Part shown: positions 15,303 to 29,952 of the stretch, piece by piece | Position numbering within the stretch: the first letter of the stretch is position 1 | Layout: each line of letters opens with the position of its first letter | Origin: Auanema rhodensis | Lineage: Eukaryota; Animalia; Nematoda | Assembly: GCA_964057225.1 (NCBI GenBank) | Contig: OZ059894.1 | Location: forward strand, 9,052,001-9,116,000 | Length of the DNA: 64,000 bases | Direction of reading: 5' to 3' | Notes under the pieces: model-generated | What the model was told of the DNA's origin: nothing | Databases searched by the model: none | What the model saw: only the letters and a program-made list of their open reading frames with translations | Program-made: the position numbers and the translations under genes

Positions 15303-18300
15303 GAGAGAGATAGAGAGAGAGAGATTTCCAAAATCTTACAAAGTCCACAAATTTTTCTTTGAATATATAAATATATACTATATACTATATATAAGTATAT
15401 ATATATATATATATATATATGGTACGTAATGAAATTACGGGAAATAATTTGTGCTATTGAGAAAGTAAATAAGAGACAGGCGATTAGAAAAGAATAAGGT
15501 TCGCGATCCATGAAAGGACACATCTGCTTCATCGGCATCTTACTGCCCACACAATGCGAATGTATATGATTAAACTTCTTCTTTTTCCTTTCTTCTCTCT
15601 TTTTCATCTGTTATGAACTTATGAATAAGCTCTAGCTATCCTATTGTCAGGTATTAGCAAAGTTTTTCGTTTTTTGGACTAACTATGCTCTGCTAGAAGC
15701 ACATGCTGAGAGGTAAATACGTTTGTCTGTGCTAGTTGTAGCTCCCATTACGACCCTACGATTTTCAAGAGCATAATTTCTATATCAGACTGTTGTTCTC
15801 ATTTCCTGCATCAACTCAATCTTAAAATTCAATGTTGAAATTTATTAAAAGTTCTCGTGCAAAAAAGTTTATGAAATAGAGTTCTGAAAGGAACTATTTG
15901 ATTTGAGACAATTTTCACAACAAAAGGGTGGTCAATGAAGTCTTAGGTAGTGCGCTTCTGGATTAACTCGATCAAAGATCTAACAGATATGAAGAATTTT
16001 TTGCTATCGAATTTGAAAAAAACATTTGCTGCCTTCTTGTGGAGGTTTGCTGCTTTCCCTCAAACTTCTTGGCGTCTTTATCTCGAAAATCATGATTATT
16101 GGATGCAAAGGGTAATTTCATGATGTCCAATCAAAAATCTTAACCGAGAGAAAGGATGGAGACTTGAGATATCAGGAGAGTTTGAGAAAGAAAGTGGGAG
16201 AGAGAGGACATGACTGAGCATATTTTGAAAGTATTTTCAATACTTTGAGCAGATTCTTAAAATGGAATCTGCCCAACCAATTAGCGAGTTGCAGTAGAAG
16301 AGAAGGAAAGCAAAAAGCAAGGACCGGAAGACAGGATTTCCGGTCCGGACCATCATTGTAATTGACTTTGAATCCGCACTAATTGACACAAAAATATTCA
16401 GCTTCATATTGAAAAGGGAGGAACTTAGAGAAAGACACAAAACTTGTCAGTCAGCCTATGAAGACGATGAGAAATGGCTGAAGATTTTTCATACTTGGTG
16501 TGAGATACACTGCTCAGCTCTATAGATAGTTCCGACGTCAAACAACTTCAAACTTCAGAAGAAAAAAGAGGACGCATGGCAAACACCAAAAATGACTTTG
16601 ATAGCTATGACAAGGAGGTCATGATGAAGCAGAATAGACGATTTGAGTAGAAGCCATTAGCATCTTGAAGGCGTTCTGTTTCTTGAATCAAAGTAAAATT
16701 GTCTTCCTTGTCTTTTGAGACTCTAAACGGTTCAAATCTGAACCTAAACTCTTCTTCAACATCATCTGTCGTCTATTTCGATATATTTGGCTTCACAACT
16801 AAGAAAGCTGTATACATTCCTTCACTGTAAATTTCAACACGCATATTCTCGGGTTGAACCTAACTATTCCTCAACTTCGTCGTGTATTTGTGCTAAACCT
16901 CGTCTCAAAGAAAGGACTGGCAAACAATTCCTCTAAATATTAAACGATGACTACTTCAAAAGCTGATATTCCTGCAAATGTGTCTACCAAAGCAGAAGTT
17001 GTTGGTCGAAAAATATCCATAATTCGACGTCTTACACTATCAGGAGGTATATTCATAGTTTTCTGAATAAGAAAAAAAAGGAAATACGCCGCTCCGTCAT
17101 TCTCCTCCCGCGTTCTCTCTCTTTCTGGTATTCTTCTCATTCCTCTTCTACCTTTCTCTCTCTCTCTCTCCATCTCTCTCTCTCTCTCTCTCTCTTGCTG
17201 TGCCTTTTTTCTCATTAGATTTCTGCCTACTCATATCAATTAATGCTTGCAAAATCTAGTTTACCTATATGATAAAATAATAATTTCAATCTAAACTCCC
17301 TCGCAAAGATTTTGCAAAAATCAAAAAACAGAAGTACTTATTGAATTTGCCTTGTTCCCCATGAGTAGTAGTGAAGTGAGTGGATTTATTTTCATATCAT
17401 TTCTCCTAACATCACAGATCACCTATCGACTGTATGCTATGCTTTTCTCATATTCAGCTTGTTACGTAATCATATACTAACCTAGACAGTGCAACAACAG
17501 TTTATTCTATTACAAGCCGACGATGTAATCGGTTGTTTTCTCATTTTTTTGCTGAGAAATCTATCATTTTACATTGTTTTCTATTTCTCTTTCTTACTTA
17601 TTTTATTTGTGATAATATACCAAAAGAGCATTTTTAAAATGTTGTTGCACTGACCATTTCTCTGCTCTATAATTTTTAAATTTTTCTGTGAATTTAAAGC
17701 ATTTTTATGTAACTTACATACTTAAATTCATATATGGACTGTAGTTTTGTTCAACATCAATGATTAAATGTGAAAAATCGTTGTCAAACTTGGCAAAGTT
17801 GGCAAAAGGAAAAACTTTAAAATACTAGTACAAATCAATTATATTTTTCATCAGCTTGTTGAGAATTAAATCATTTAAGTACGTTCCTTTCGATGTAAAC
17901 AGAGCTGTATGTGAGTAAGGATCTTGAGTTTTCTACGGGTGGCAAAAGCAAAAGCATAAAACTTTTTTAAAGAAACAGCATAAGCATAACTTGAAACTTA
18001 CTAATTATTTTAGAATTAATAGAAAAATTAAAGAAATGCATCTTATTTTCCTATTCAATATAAGTAAATGAAAATGTGTATTCTAAACTTTGCAACCTAT
18101 CATAGTTTTTCTTTGTCTTTTCCGCCCTCTTCATCTTCGGCATCGTTGTGGACGTCTTCTACTCCATTTTTCCTAGCACGTGAATACATTAGTTTCTAGT
18201 CTTATGTTTAAACAGAATAGAAATATACACATCTATGTTGGTTATTATATATCCTCTTACTCAGTTTTTAATTCTGCTGATTGGCAGACTTGCCCTGAAA

Positions 18301-21300
18301 TTCGATAGGCAGTCATCTCAAGTTTATTTCCCTATTACATCTATATTTCGCACCTTTTTTTACTTCTTGATTTTCGCACCATCCATTTTCATTTCATCAA
18401 TTTTTTTTCTGAAAAAGAAAGAAAAAGCTATTTTGTTTTAATAAGAAAAGTTGATTAACAATGCTGTTTCTGTCTCTTGAAGTTTAAAGCTTATTTATTA
18501 ATTTTTTTTTGTGATAGGCTTTCTATTAGTTTACTTCCTACTCAACATGTTCAAAGAAAAAACAACACAGCGAAGATGAATAAGTTCAGCGTACTTTAGT
18601 CTTCAAAAGTTTCAAAAAACAATTGAAAGCCGTCACACATACATATCTTGTCTTCTCAAACATTTGTTTTTACAACAGCATGACTTCATTTATATTTTTG
18701 TCGAGCTGTCAAAACAATTACCAACTTTTAAAAAAAATCTCATCTTTTATATTTTTCTATTCAAAATGTTTTGAGTACTGATACATTACTTCAGCTATTT
18801 TTTGAACAGCTTATACATACAAGATATCTAATAACTTAAAAAAGGAAAAATCTTTCTATTTTGGTGTCAAGCATTGCGATTCTCATGTTCTTCCTCTTTT
18901 TTTCTAAAAAAAAAGAAAAAATAATAATATAACAAAGTAAATTGTGTTATTCTTCGCTCATTTTTCTAGTGGCTTTTAAAACAATTTTTGTAATAATTTC
19001 AAATTATAATGAAAAAGAATTTAAATAATATAAGAAACACTAAATATTTGTTAAAAATATTCTTATCGTCATCATCATTCTCATCCTTCCTCTTTCTCTT
19101 TTACTTCTTCTTTTTTCTTTCCAAATAAGTTGTTTGTTAAAGTTTTGAGGGATATGAGTTTGTGTATTTTTATTATTTTCGCTGCTTCTTATCTGAGCAT
19201 GTTGAAACTTCTTTTTTTCATACTAGAACCCCAGAAATGTGTGACAAGAGGCGATTCTTTTAGATCAAAAAGGTAGACTGACATCCCTCTATCGTCAACC
19301 TATCATGTTGTTCCTGTCTTGAATTAACTAAAAATTTTCAATTTTGAAACCTAAAATTACATTTGGTTGTTGAACATAGTAATCATATGTTACTGCTACT
19401 ATCGTTGCCTCGGTTGCCATTCAGATTTGTCAAAGAAAAGGAAGAAGAGGTAATGAAAGTGAAGAGACAGAGAAAAAGGACGAACAAATGAATTGAGAAT
19501 ATAGCGAGAGTCACAAAAAAAGTGGAAGGCACTGACATAAGCAAAAGTTGAAGAAGTTTTCGATTTTCAAATTTTGAGTAAAATGAAGAAACACAAGAAA
19601 AATGAACCGAAAACGGCAAAAATCAAGCACTGATGTCATAAGGGGGGATGCAAAAGTTTGGCTCATAACTTCCTTAAAAGTCCGGAAGTCCTCTAGGCTA
19701 GTTCACTATCTTTTACCATTTCTGCAGCTTAAGTGTTTTGTTGCGTCTTTCTCGTCTTTTACTTCTCTAATCCCCTAAATATATAATATATAAGGTCGTC
19801 CAATGAAAACGTGTCCCTATTTATATTATTTTTTTTGCAAAAAATAAGGTAATTTTTCAAAAGTTTAGAAGTTTTACAAACAAAAAAAATTAAAAAAGAA
19901 TACAAAATAATATTTTCAATTAACCTCAGCTGATTCGTCTGGGAAGCTTGTTTGATTCTGCTCTCTTTTTTTCGTGTCTTTCGTTATGGATGTAGCTCAT
20001 ATGCGCCTCGTCCTTTTATTTCATTTTTACAATTGTGTTTCTGCTAAAGACACATGTCGCAAAATGAGAGCTGTTTATGAAGAATCTTCTTTAATTCACA
20101 GCACATGTAAGAAGTGGTTTATCCGCTTCCAAACCCGCGAGATCGTTCTAGAATATCGTCAGAGACCCGGTGCAACTCCTAAAAGGGCGCTGCTCTTTGT
20201 TTTCTGGAATGAAAACGGAATTCTCTACTACAAGATTCTTTCTTATGGAAGAATGGGGAATACTATTCTGAACAACTCAGACGGCTTCATGCTGCCATTG
20301 AAGCCAAAGAGAAGCTCAGTATAGGAGCACAGCGTTGTTGCATGACAACGCGCGCCCACACTGTTGTGCGAGAGCACAAGAGACGCTTCTGGAGTTAGGT
20401 TGGGACGTTTTGAAGCATCCTCCCTATTCTCCAGATCTAGCTCCAGCAGATTTTTTTTCATGTTTAGATCTATGGAGCATAGTTTGAGGGGTCAAGCCTG
20501 CAAAACTATACAGGAAGTTGAAAATTTTACAAATTTTTTTTTGATTTTAAACCTGAAATATTTTTGAGAAAAGGAATTAGAAACTTGAATGAAAGGAGAA
20601 AAAAAAGTGATAGAACATCAAGGATATTTTAGAGAATGAAAACGTTTGCAATTTCTCGGTTTTTTAAAGTTTTTTGTGGCTACATTGGGGGAGGGTGGCC
20701 ACGTTTCAATTGGACAACCTAATATAATCCTTTATCATTCCTATATAATTTTTTTTTCGCTTCAAAAATATTTTATTCATTTTCTCCTTCATTTAGATAT
20801 TGTTACTCTTCAAACGTATCTAATTCATTGCTTTAATACATTTGCTTTAATCGAAACATGAGAATGTGACAGAAGAGTAATTGAAAAATGAAAGACAATA
20901 AAGTATAAAAGTCGTTTTGAACCTCAATGTCTAATTAACAATTTCAGAAGTGCCGACGAATCTGCCACAGATCAAAGTCACTAAGGTTCCACCGAGCAGT
21001 TCTACCATGAGCATAGCAAGTAAGTTCTACCATGAGCATAGCAAGTTGAAACAAACAGGCTGTTCCTTTTCCTTCTTTTTTTTTTGCTGGAAGAGAACAT
21101 TAGCAGAAGATATTATAGTATATAAAAATCTTGATTATGTGTCCTACATGCATATAGTCATACTGATATAGTAAGTGAAAGAATTACCGATACCTTCATC
21201 ACCAAGTATTTCTTCTATAATTTTCCACATTATAAGTTAATCATGATCTTCTATCTAAACCAATGAACATATATTCATACATATACTATATTATATTTTT

Positions 21301-24300
21301 TGAACTTTGAGCTTTTTGTCTGTCACAAAAATTGCATTGATTCGCTTAGTTAATTGAAAATTCTTTTTGTATAATTCAGTTTATATTGTGCTTTTCCCTT
21401 ATATAACTTACAACATATTTAAAGCATTTTTGTTCAATTACACACATATATACATATACTTTCTTATCTAAAATAATCATTTATGTTATTAAATTGAAAG
21501 GTTATAATCATTATAATATTCAATAATACTAATTTTACTGAGCTTATTTCAAATTTTAATCAATTTCCATCATCTGGTAATCCTTTCTAATAGCTAAACT
21601 ACCACTATGTCTGGTAATTATTCTCTACTTCCATACATACATATACATATATAGGCTGTATCAGGTTGTAACTTGATGAAAATTGGTAAAACTCAGTGTT
21701 ATGGTCAAGTCTCAGCCTATGTCGTGTCTCAAAGGAAAATAATAAAATGCATTTATTCATCTTCACGTGTCTCATGTAGCTCATTAGTATTTAAGCTTTT
21801 CAAATCACAATTTACACTTCTTTTTGATACGACGAACGCCACAAGCTTTTCCTTTTTCGTCCTATTCTTGTTTTCTATTTGAATAAGTCTATACGAATGT
21901 CTTCTACATCATGCTCAATTTCCTCTTTCATTGCCTTTTCCAATTTTTTTAAATTTCTTTCCTTCTTTCTCTATTTCGTTCTCTTTTTTTATGATTTATT
22001 ATCATTTTTACCTTCTAATTATTATGAGTATAATGAACAAATTTATTTTCCTGCAGGTAGCTTTATCTTGGATGTTCCAACTAGGCTTCTCCTAGGTTGC
22101 TGGAAGTTGAACGTCATCATAGAGATTATCTCTCTCCTTTTTTTTTGCTTTTTCTTCTATAATAATCCACATGCAAAACATTTATTATTTTGCCACTTTT
22201 TCATCATGACTTTACTTTTTTCTCTTTTTTTTAATTGTTTCTCGTTTTTTATCCTGTTCTACTCTCTTGTTTCCTCATTTTTTATGAGATGAATCATTGA
22301 ATCACAAGTATTATAATTATCATTTTCAATATTTTCTTAATAATTTTTTTGAATATGAATCGATTATATTAAAATTTGTGTTCGATTATGCATCATTCAA
22401 ATGCTTCTGCTTCATCATACACATTCAAAATTTAAATTATAGAGATGAGAAATATTCTGTTGAAATCGTATCCTTATCAAAAGCTTTAATCTATTCCAAT
22501 TTTTCGTATCATTTCCAATTGTAAAGTTAAATTAAGCTGTAATGATTTACTTCAGTTTAACGGGCATTTTTCTTCTCTTCCTCATTACTATGTCTCTCTT
22601 CCTTCTACTATACGTTCTCTCTATCATTCTCTCTACCCCTTCTTTGCCTGCTTTTTCTTTTATTTCCAAACATAGTCACAGAAAATGATCAGACATTTTT
22701 TTCTCCGCATTTTCGACTTTTCTTTGAGCTTATCTCTCTCTCTCTTTTTTTTTCTCTCTCTCTCTCTATTTTCCCTCTCCCTTTCAATCAAAAAATATTA
22801 TAAATCTGGGTTAGTTCATTTTTTGTCTTAACAACTAATCATATATTTAACATATTGATATAGAAAAATATGAATAAGATACAATTCCTTGTCTGTTCAC
22901 CAGACAATGATTAAGTGAGAAATCTTTTTCTATCTGTTTATAAGTCTCTGATGTTCCAGATATAATTTTTTCTGTTTTTTACTAAGATCTCTTCAGGGAT
23001 TTGAGATCTAACTTGTTTTCCTTCTGTTTTCTTTTGTTTTTTTATCCATTTGATTCATCTATGTTTGATAATTAATATATTTTTATCAGTTAATATTAAG
23101 CTTTTTTTGATTTTTGCAATATTCTACCATCACATCTCCCCCCCCCCCTCTCTCTCTTCCTCAAACTTGTCATCTTCTACAATTTTTGTTCCAAATTTAT
23201 ACTATAACAGTGAAACCAAGAAAACTTCTTTTTCAAAATTCATAAAAAAAACTAAAAATCTCTCATACAATACTTTCATCACAACTTGCTGCATAAGCAT
23301 AACTAACTGAATAAATTTATGAACATAATGTAAGTGAGAGAGCCTCTTCAACATCAATCACCTAGCTACTATTTTCGAAATTGTTCTTTCTGGACGTTCT
23401 TCCTCATGTTCTTTCTCTTTTCTCTATCATTACCTTTTTCTCTTTCTCACTATACATTTGTCTTTTACCTCATCTTCTATCCTCACTCTCACCCCTCCCC
23501 TTCTCTCTCTTTCTATAGTACTCTCTATATATAGGAATGAACATGGTTCATAATTATAACATTCGAAGCAACTATAAACTTTTCTAAGCAGTTATTATAT
23601 GTCCCGTTAGTTCTACGTTAGCTCTTTTCTACCATCATGTAAACTTCTCATGACTGGTAATGTTAGTCAAATAAACATTTTTTTTTATTTTTTCGTTGTT
23701 TTTAAGTAATATAGGTCCTATATTCAACTTTTTTTTATTTCTCCATCGTCTCTCTTGGGTTTTCCATCTTCGAAAATCCGATACTGAAGATATGAACTGA
23801 AGAAATGACAGGAGCGACATCTACATGGATTAATTTGTCCTTCACACAGACAAACTGTCAAGTGCTCCATACTTTATCTTCAGTTTTGCTGAACTTTTTT
23901 TTCATTTTTCTTTGAAACTTACGCCCTTAGCTTAAGAAATCGAACTATGTGTACCTTGTAATCGTTTATAACTTTGAAAAAAATATTATGAAATGAACAC
24001 AACCAAGTAGATAACCATTCTATTTACATATTTCTATACATTAGATGTAGCTTAAGTTGACACAAAGCCACATACTAATGGATCTTTTTACTTTTTCTTT
24101 TTCAGAAAAAAGCTAAGTATGTTATTTAGTGTTGTTGAATGAAACAAAAACGTTTTAAGTTAGTTGTTTTGTTTGCTAACAACTGATTATTCAAATCTTC
24201 AGCAAATAAAAAGCTTCGGAACGGTTGATTTTGCAATAATTTTCCAACATGATTCGACGCATTGGAAGTAATAAACGCAGTGCTTTCTCACTACCTTTCT

Positions 24301-25708
24301 TGCCTATTGAGAAGAGGTTTCCTTTTCTAACTTTTGCTTCTCCCTTTTCTGTCCTTCTTTCCCTCTCTCTCTCTCTCTCTCTCTTGGCTTTTTTCTCTTT
24401 CTCTCTCTCTCTCTCTCTTGGCTTTTTTTCTCTTTTAATTTCCCTCTTTATCTCCCAACTCATATCAATCTCTCCACCTCTTTTATTCCCTGTTTCCCTC
24501 CTGTTCGTACCCAATTTCCCTCCATCGATCTTCATGTCTTCAGTTTTATTTATCTAACTATCTATCTACTTTGGCTGTTTTTCTTTTGAACAAATGAAGA
24601 AAACTATTCGGAATGCTGAAACATTTCGTGAACAGAAGCCACATGTCTCGCACAAGACTATAAAGATTTTTCTTATTTTTTTGCCATTTTTTTCATAAAA
24701 TTTAGGAGAAAGATGCCATTTTTCAATTGAATAAGATATTCTTCCCATTCATGTTCAGCTTAAAGAATTTTTCTTCTTATTACCTCATTTTCATACACAT
24801 GAGCCGAAGCAGGCCACCCTAAGCCATTTATTCATCTTAATGTATGTCAACGTGATGATCGGTTGCTTTTTTTTGTCTGTCAATTCTTCTTTTTTCTAAA
24901 TATATATATATATATATATATATATCTCATTCTATTTTAGTTAGCTATCCTCTTCTTAATTTCCCTTTTCACTGATTTTTCCTGTCCAACTCATTTCTAT
25001 TGGTTTTGCTCATAGTTTGTATTATCTTATTATCACTAGACGTATACATCAATGTCTATATCTAGTAGTATTACAATTCATCAAAAACTTTCTGAATTCC
25101 ACTAAACCTTAAGTTTAATAATTTATTTTTCTGATTTGAAATGAAGATGAGAAATTAAAAAAAAACTTTTTGTTAATAGCCCCCAAGCCGTTTTTATCTC
25201 TTCTTCAAAATGCTTTCTCGTCATCGTTCATGACGAGTAATAGCCCGCGATTAACAAATGATTTCATTTATCCGATGCGCTTCATAGAAGATGAAAAAGC
25301 AGGTGCAGTCACATGGAATTCCTCTTTCCGTTTTGATGACAAGAAAGAGGGAGAAAGAGGGAGAAAATGAGAAAAGAGAAGGAGAGTAAGAGAGAGAGAG
25401 AGAGAAAGAAAAAAGAAAGAAAGAGAGAGAGAAAGATATGAGTGCTCTACGTATGTGCACATAAATTTGCCAGTAAAAAGCGAATATTATCAAGATTATT
25501 ACTTTGCCCTACTACGTTTTGCCATATACAAATCTTGAAATCGTTTTTCTTTGATGAGATATTTTCTGACGAAGCCAATCAGTTTGCAGTAGTTTTCTCA
25601 CCTGATAATGCACCTTACCTTCCACTTTTCGAGTCAGTTGGGAAATTATATATTATACTATATATATATAATATCTAACTATATATATATAAATATATAT
25701 ACATATCC

Positions 25709-25745
<37 letters not shown>

Positions 25746-25919
25746 GATGTAGATGAATGTTTGTGTATACATATATAAATGTGATGTGAAAAGTCTCAGC
25801 AGAGCAACAAGAACGAGGATTGAAGATTTTTTTCTTTCATCCGCCAAGATAAAGCTGATTTTTCAAAACGCAATTTTTTATCTTGAAAACTACTCCGTCT
25901 CTATCTCTCTCATTTATTA

Positions 25920-25955
<36 letters not shown>

Positions 25956-28900
25956 CTTTTTAGTTCAGAGATTTTTTGAATCAACGAATCAATGATATGC
26001 TCGAATAGGGATGCTAGAGTTCAAAGCATTCTAACATGAAATACTTTCCGATAATTGCGATAGAAGAGGCATAGAGGTACCTCGGCAGGAGGGTCACTAT
26101 GCTTCTCTGTGAACCAATGTTTCTAATATTCCGCAAATTCTATTGAGATAGTTCAAATTTTAAAAAAAATTTAAAACAATTTAATTCTGTTAATAAGAAT
26201 AATGAAGCATTTCATAACGAAATATTTGCTGGAAAACAAGCAGTAACTACTTGGTTATGAAATGTTGTGACACGATTTCAGATTTTGAATACAATTTCAA
26301 AATAATTTTTTAAATTTCCTTACTTGTTTCTCTACATCGTCCTTCTTCTTCATTTTTTTAATAAAACAAGCAAATGATGATGACCCATTTCAAAGAGAAG
26401 GGTGCAACATGGACAGAGAGCAGCTTTCAAGTATGTACAGCTGGTTCATTCGCTTCAGAGGTAGGACGGGATGAATAAAGAGAAAAAGAGAGAGTATAAG
26501 AGAGAAAAAGAAAAAACGAATATATATATATATGCATGTAGAAAGAGAAAAAAGAATAAAACATGGTTAGAGGAGAAAAAGAGCAAGAGAGGGACAGAAA
26601 GATATTGAAGCTTCTATATATTTCCGTCGACGTCACCTCTTACCATTCGTGCACAAGCTCGATATTGCCATTGAGCGAAAAGAAGATCCTTCTGGTTTTC
26701 TTTCTTCTTCTTTCTGGCTAAGATTGCTACTATATTACATCATGAAGTTTCATAATTTCCTTTGTGAAAACAGAAGTTGTTTATTCTGCTCATAATACTC
26801 AGCTATTTTTCTCATTTAATGTAAAAAATCTTTTAGTTATTTCTCTCGATATCAAGGGAAACACTAAGCAAGTCATAAGAAAACGAAACTTTTTGAGATT
26901 TCCCTGGAAAACGAACACAGAACTTCAAAGCTTCAAGACATCGAAAACATCGGCTTTTTTAATTACTGATTCCCGTGTTCTACCTATTTTTCCCCATTTT
27001 CCATTATTTTTTTCAAAAAACTTTTATATGTTTTATTTTTTCTTTTCATAATTTTGCAAAACCATTTCTCATTTTCATCCTATTTAATCAGTTATGGTAA
27101 CAACTTTTAATGAAAACCAATGATTTCAGTCAAGATTGTTGGACATTTCCGAACTTTTTTCCTGAAACTCGTCATAGTGACATAATCAGTTAGACCAAAA
27201 ATTAACTAACTTTATAGTGTTAGATCAATAAGACATAAGACAACTTCAATATGAGACTGAAATGTCGTTTCTTAACGTATTTCCTGTGTTCGCATAAGCA
27301 TTTTGATGTTCTTTTCCTCTTCTACTACTAGTCCTACTAACTAAGACCACTACTTATTCTGAAGATTAAACTGTTTCGAAATGATATTGATATCAAGAGC
27401 AAGTATTTCATCATATATTATTCATATTTTTCAAAAAATATTTTTCGATATCCTATCTGTCACGCATACAGAAAATGAATACTTCTGAACCCTTTTACAG
27501 CAAGCACTCCTTCTTTGGTGGTGTGGCCAGACATCATGCAGTGAGCACACAGCAACATTCAAGCCATATGTGTGTATGTATGTGTATGTCCATCAATTCA
27601 GTTCCAAGCTGCAATGTTCTCATTGATGCCTGATTGCGAGATTAAGCTAATCAGAGTAAATCATTAGGAAATTTGCCATTTCATCTTAATACTTTACTAC
27701 TCGACCTACATGCTATATGCTATGATCTGATCATTAAAAGCTGATGATGTAATACTGATCAATCTTTATTATTTTTAAGAAGTTTTCTTTCTTTCTCATC
27801 TTTTTTTCTTCTTCGTTTCTCATTCATCTCATTAACATTACTATGCTTTTTTCATTAACTATTTTTATTTACTTCCGCTTTTTTCTTCATAATTTTCTCC
27901 CATTATACAACATACTTATAGTTAGGATTAGCAATTGTTGACTCATATAAATACATAGTATATGAGATAAATCTATAAAAAAAACCTTTAAACCAAATTG
28001 GTATTTAAACAGTTGATTATGTTTTTTTTTTTTTTTTTTTTTTGAAAATATAAGCTTTCTCCCCACCAATTCATTTCAATTCTATACTGTCATGCTTCAT
28101 TCATCATTTTTATCGAAATAATGTTATTATTATTCATTTATTACTTAATCATAGTATTTTTAAAATATGATATTTCATTTGTGAACGACGATTTACTGAT
28201 CTTTTTCGTAATTTATTCGACAATCATTGAAATATAGTTGTTGAAAGAGCTTTATCAGTCTATAAGTAATAGGTAGCATAGTTAGTATGCTCTGATTGGT
28301 TTGACCAATCATCAAGTATCAGTTCTATTTATAACTGAAAGAAGCTTAATCAAGTTTAAACAAGCTTTAACTATACAGTCTGGTTGGAATGAATAGTTAA
28401 ACATCCTTCTTTTAACAATGAAACATGCTTTATAGTTAATTTTATTTTTATTAATTCAATTGAATATGTGTAATAGTTTTGAGATACTTTTAATCTGTAT
28501 TGTATAGTTAACTGAATAAGTTCAACAAGATCAAGTTCCATTTCATGCTGTACAAGCTCTCATTCTATTTCCACCAATGTTACAGACACTGAAAAATGAA
28601 AGAAAGAGGAAGAGAGAAAAAAGAAAATTTGGAAAGTCATCAAAGAAAGAAGCTACTAGCGTTTCAATGATGTCATTTTCATTAATATCATATAAGTTTG
28701 TTGCTGCTTATACACTAAGTCTTCCTCATTTCTTACAACATTCAAATAAACATTCCAATGATGATTTCAATGAATTTTTCAGAACTATTTGATCCTTCCA
28801 ATGTTTTGAGTAGTCACATATGTTAATAGAGCACATATTGCGCTTCTACTCCCCCCCCTCCTTCTCTCTTTCTCTTTCTTTCTATTTCTTTCTCTCACTT

Positions 28901-29900
28901 TCTCTTTATTTTGCTCTCTCTTTCTCCTACTAGATAACGTTCATGATTTTGAAAAACATAATCTTTCAATATGGAGAAATTTATAAAAAATTAAGAGAAA
29001 GAGTGGGACACGCTTCATCTTTTGCAGCAAAAAGCAAATGCGGAAACCTTATAGACAGTCAGAGACAACGACTGGGATCAACTATTGCAGATAAGCATAA
29101 AAGCTCTAACATAGCTTCTAAAAGAGATAATGATGAACATGATGATGTATAGAGAGAAGTAGCAGAAACAACGAATTTGTCTGAACAGCATTGCTGCTCT
29201 CTAAAGCTCATTCGAAAAGCAACTCTTATTGAACTTGTAACTAAACATCAACCACCAGCTGTGAGCATCACGTTTCGCTGACAACACTTCGTTTGGATCA
29301 AGTCTCTTACAATGATCCCATAAAACGGAAATGTCCAGCCAGTCCAGCTTCCTGCTCTTCTGCCCTTGAACCTCCATTACCACAAGTCATTTTCTATCTG
29401 CTTAAGAGCTCATACATACGTATTTATTTGAATACAAATCTTTTTTTTTTGTCTTTCTCAGCTTCGAGTTGTAACCTTTCGAAGTTGTTGTGTTGAAGGT
29501 AAATTGTCGATCGGCTACATCCTTAGCTAGAACAAACATCATTCTCATTTTTGTAATTGATGAAGAGAAACAACGAAGTAAATGACGAGAAACAAACTTT
29601 CAGCTTTCGTTTTATCTCTCTTCCTATCCTGTCTTCTTCACGTAATAACAAACAGAAATTTGTTTTTCATCATGCAATCTATGCTCAATTCTCTTTATTC
29701 GAGAGGGCCACCAACTAATCTTACTTATCGGCTTAAACACATTTTCTAGGAATCCAACACTTTTCCTAAATCACTCTCATCCACTCATGCGTTCTTATCA
29801 AGATGTATGACAGATAAAAAAATAATTATATACTTATACATATACAGTCGAAACAATCAACAGTTTTGTTTTATCCTTCTTTCATTCACACTCCCCCTCC

Positions 29901-29952
<52 letters not shown>

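Noticed and set aside
15960-16122. Stretch translating to [11 protein letters not shown]...[15 protein letters not shown], faintly like a mariner transposase C-terminus
   Set aside because: No YSPDL motif and no TIR were found. The similarity is too weak without an HMM search.
28943-29152. 69-aa hydrophilic ORF after a polypyrimidine tract/AG within the synaptotagmin intron
   Set aside because: No recognisable domain and no compatible splice donor; consistent with chance in a purine-rich patch.
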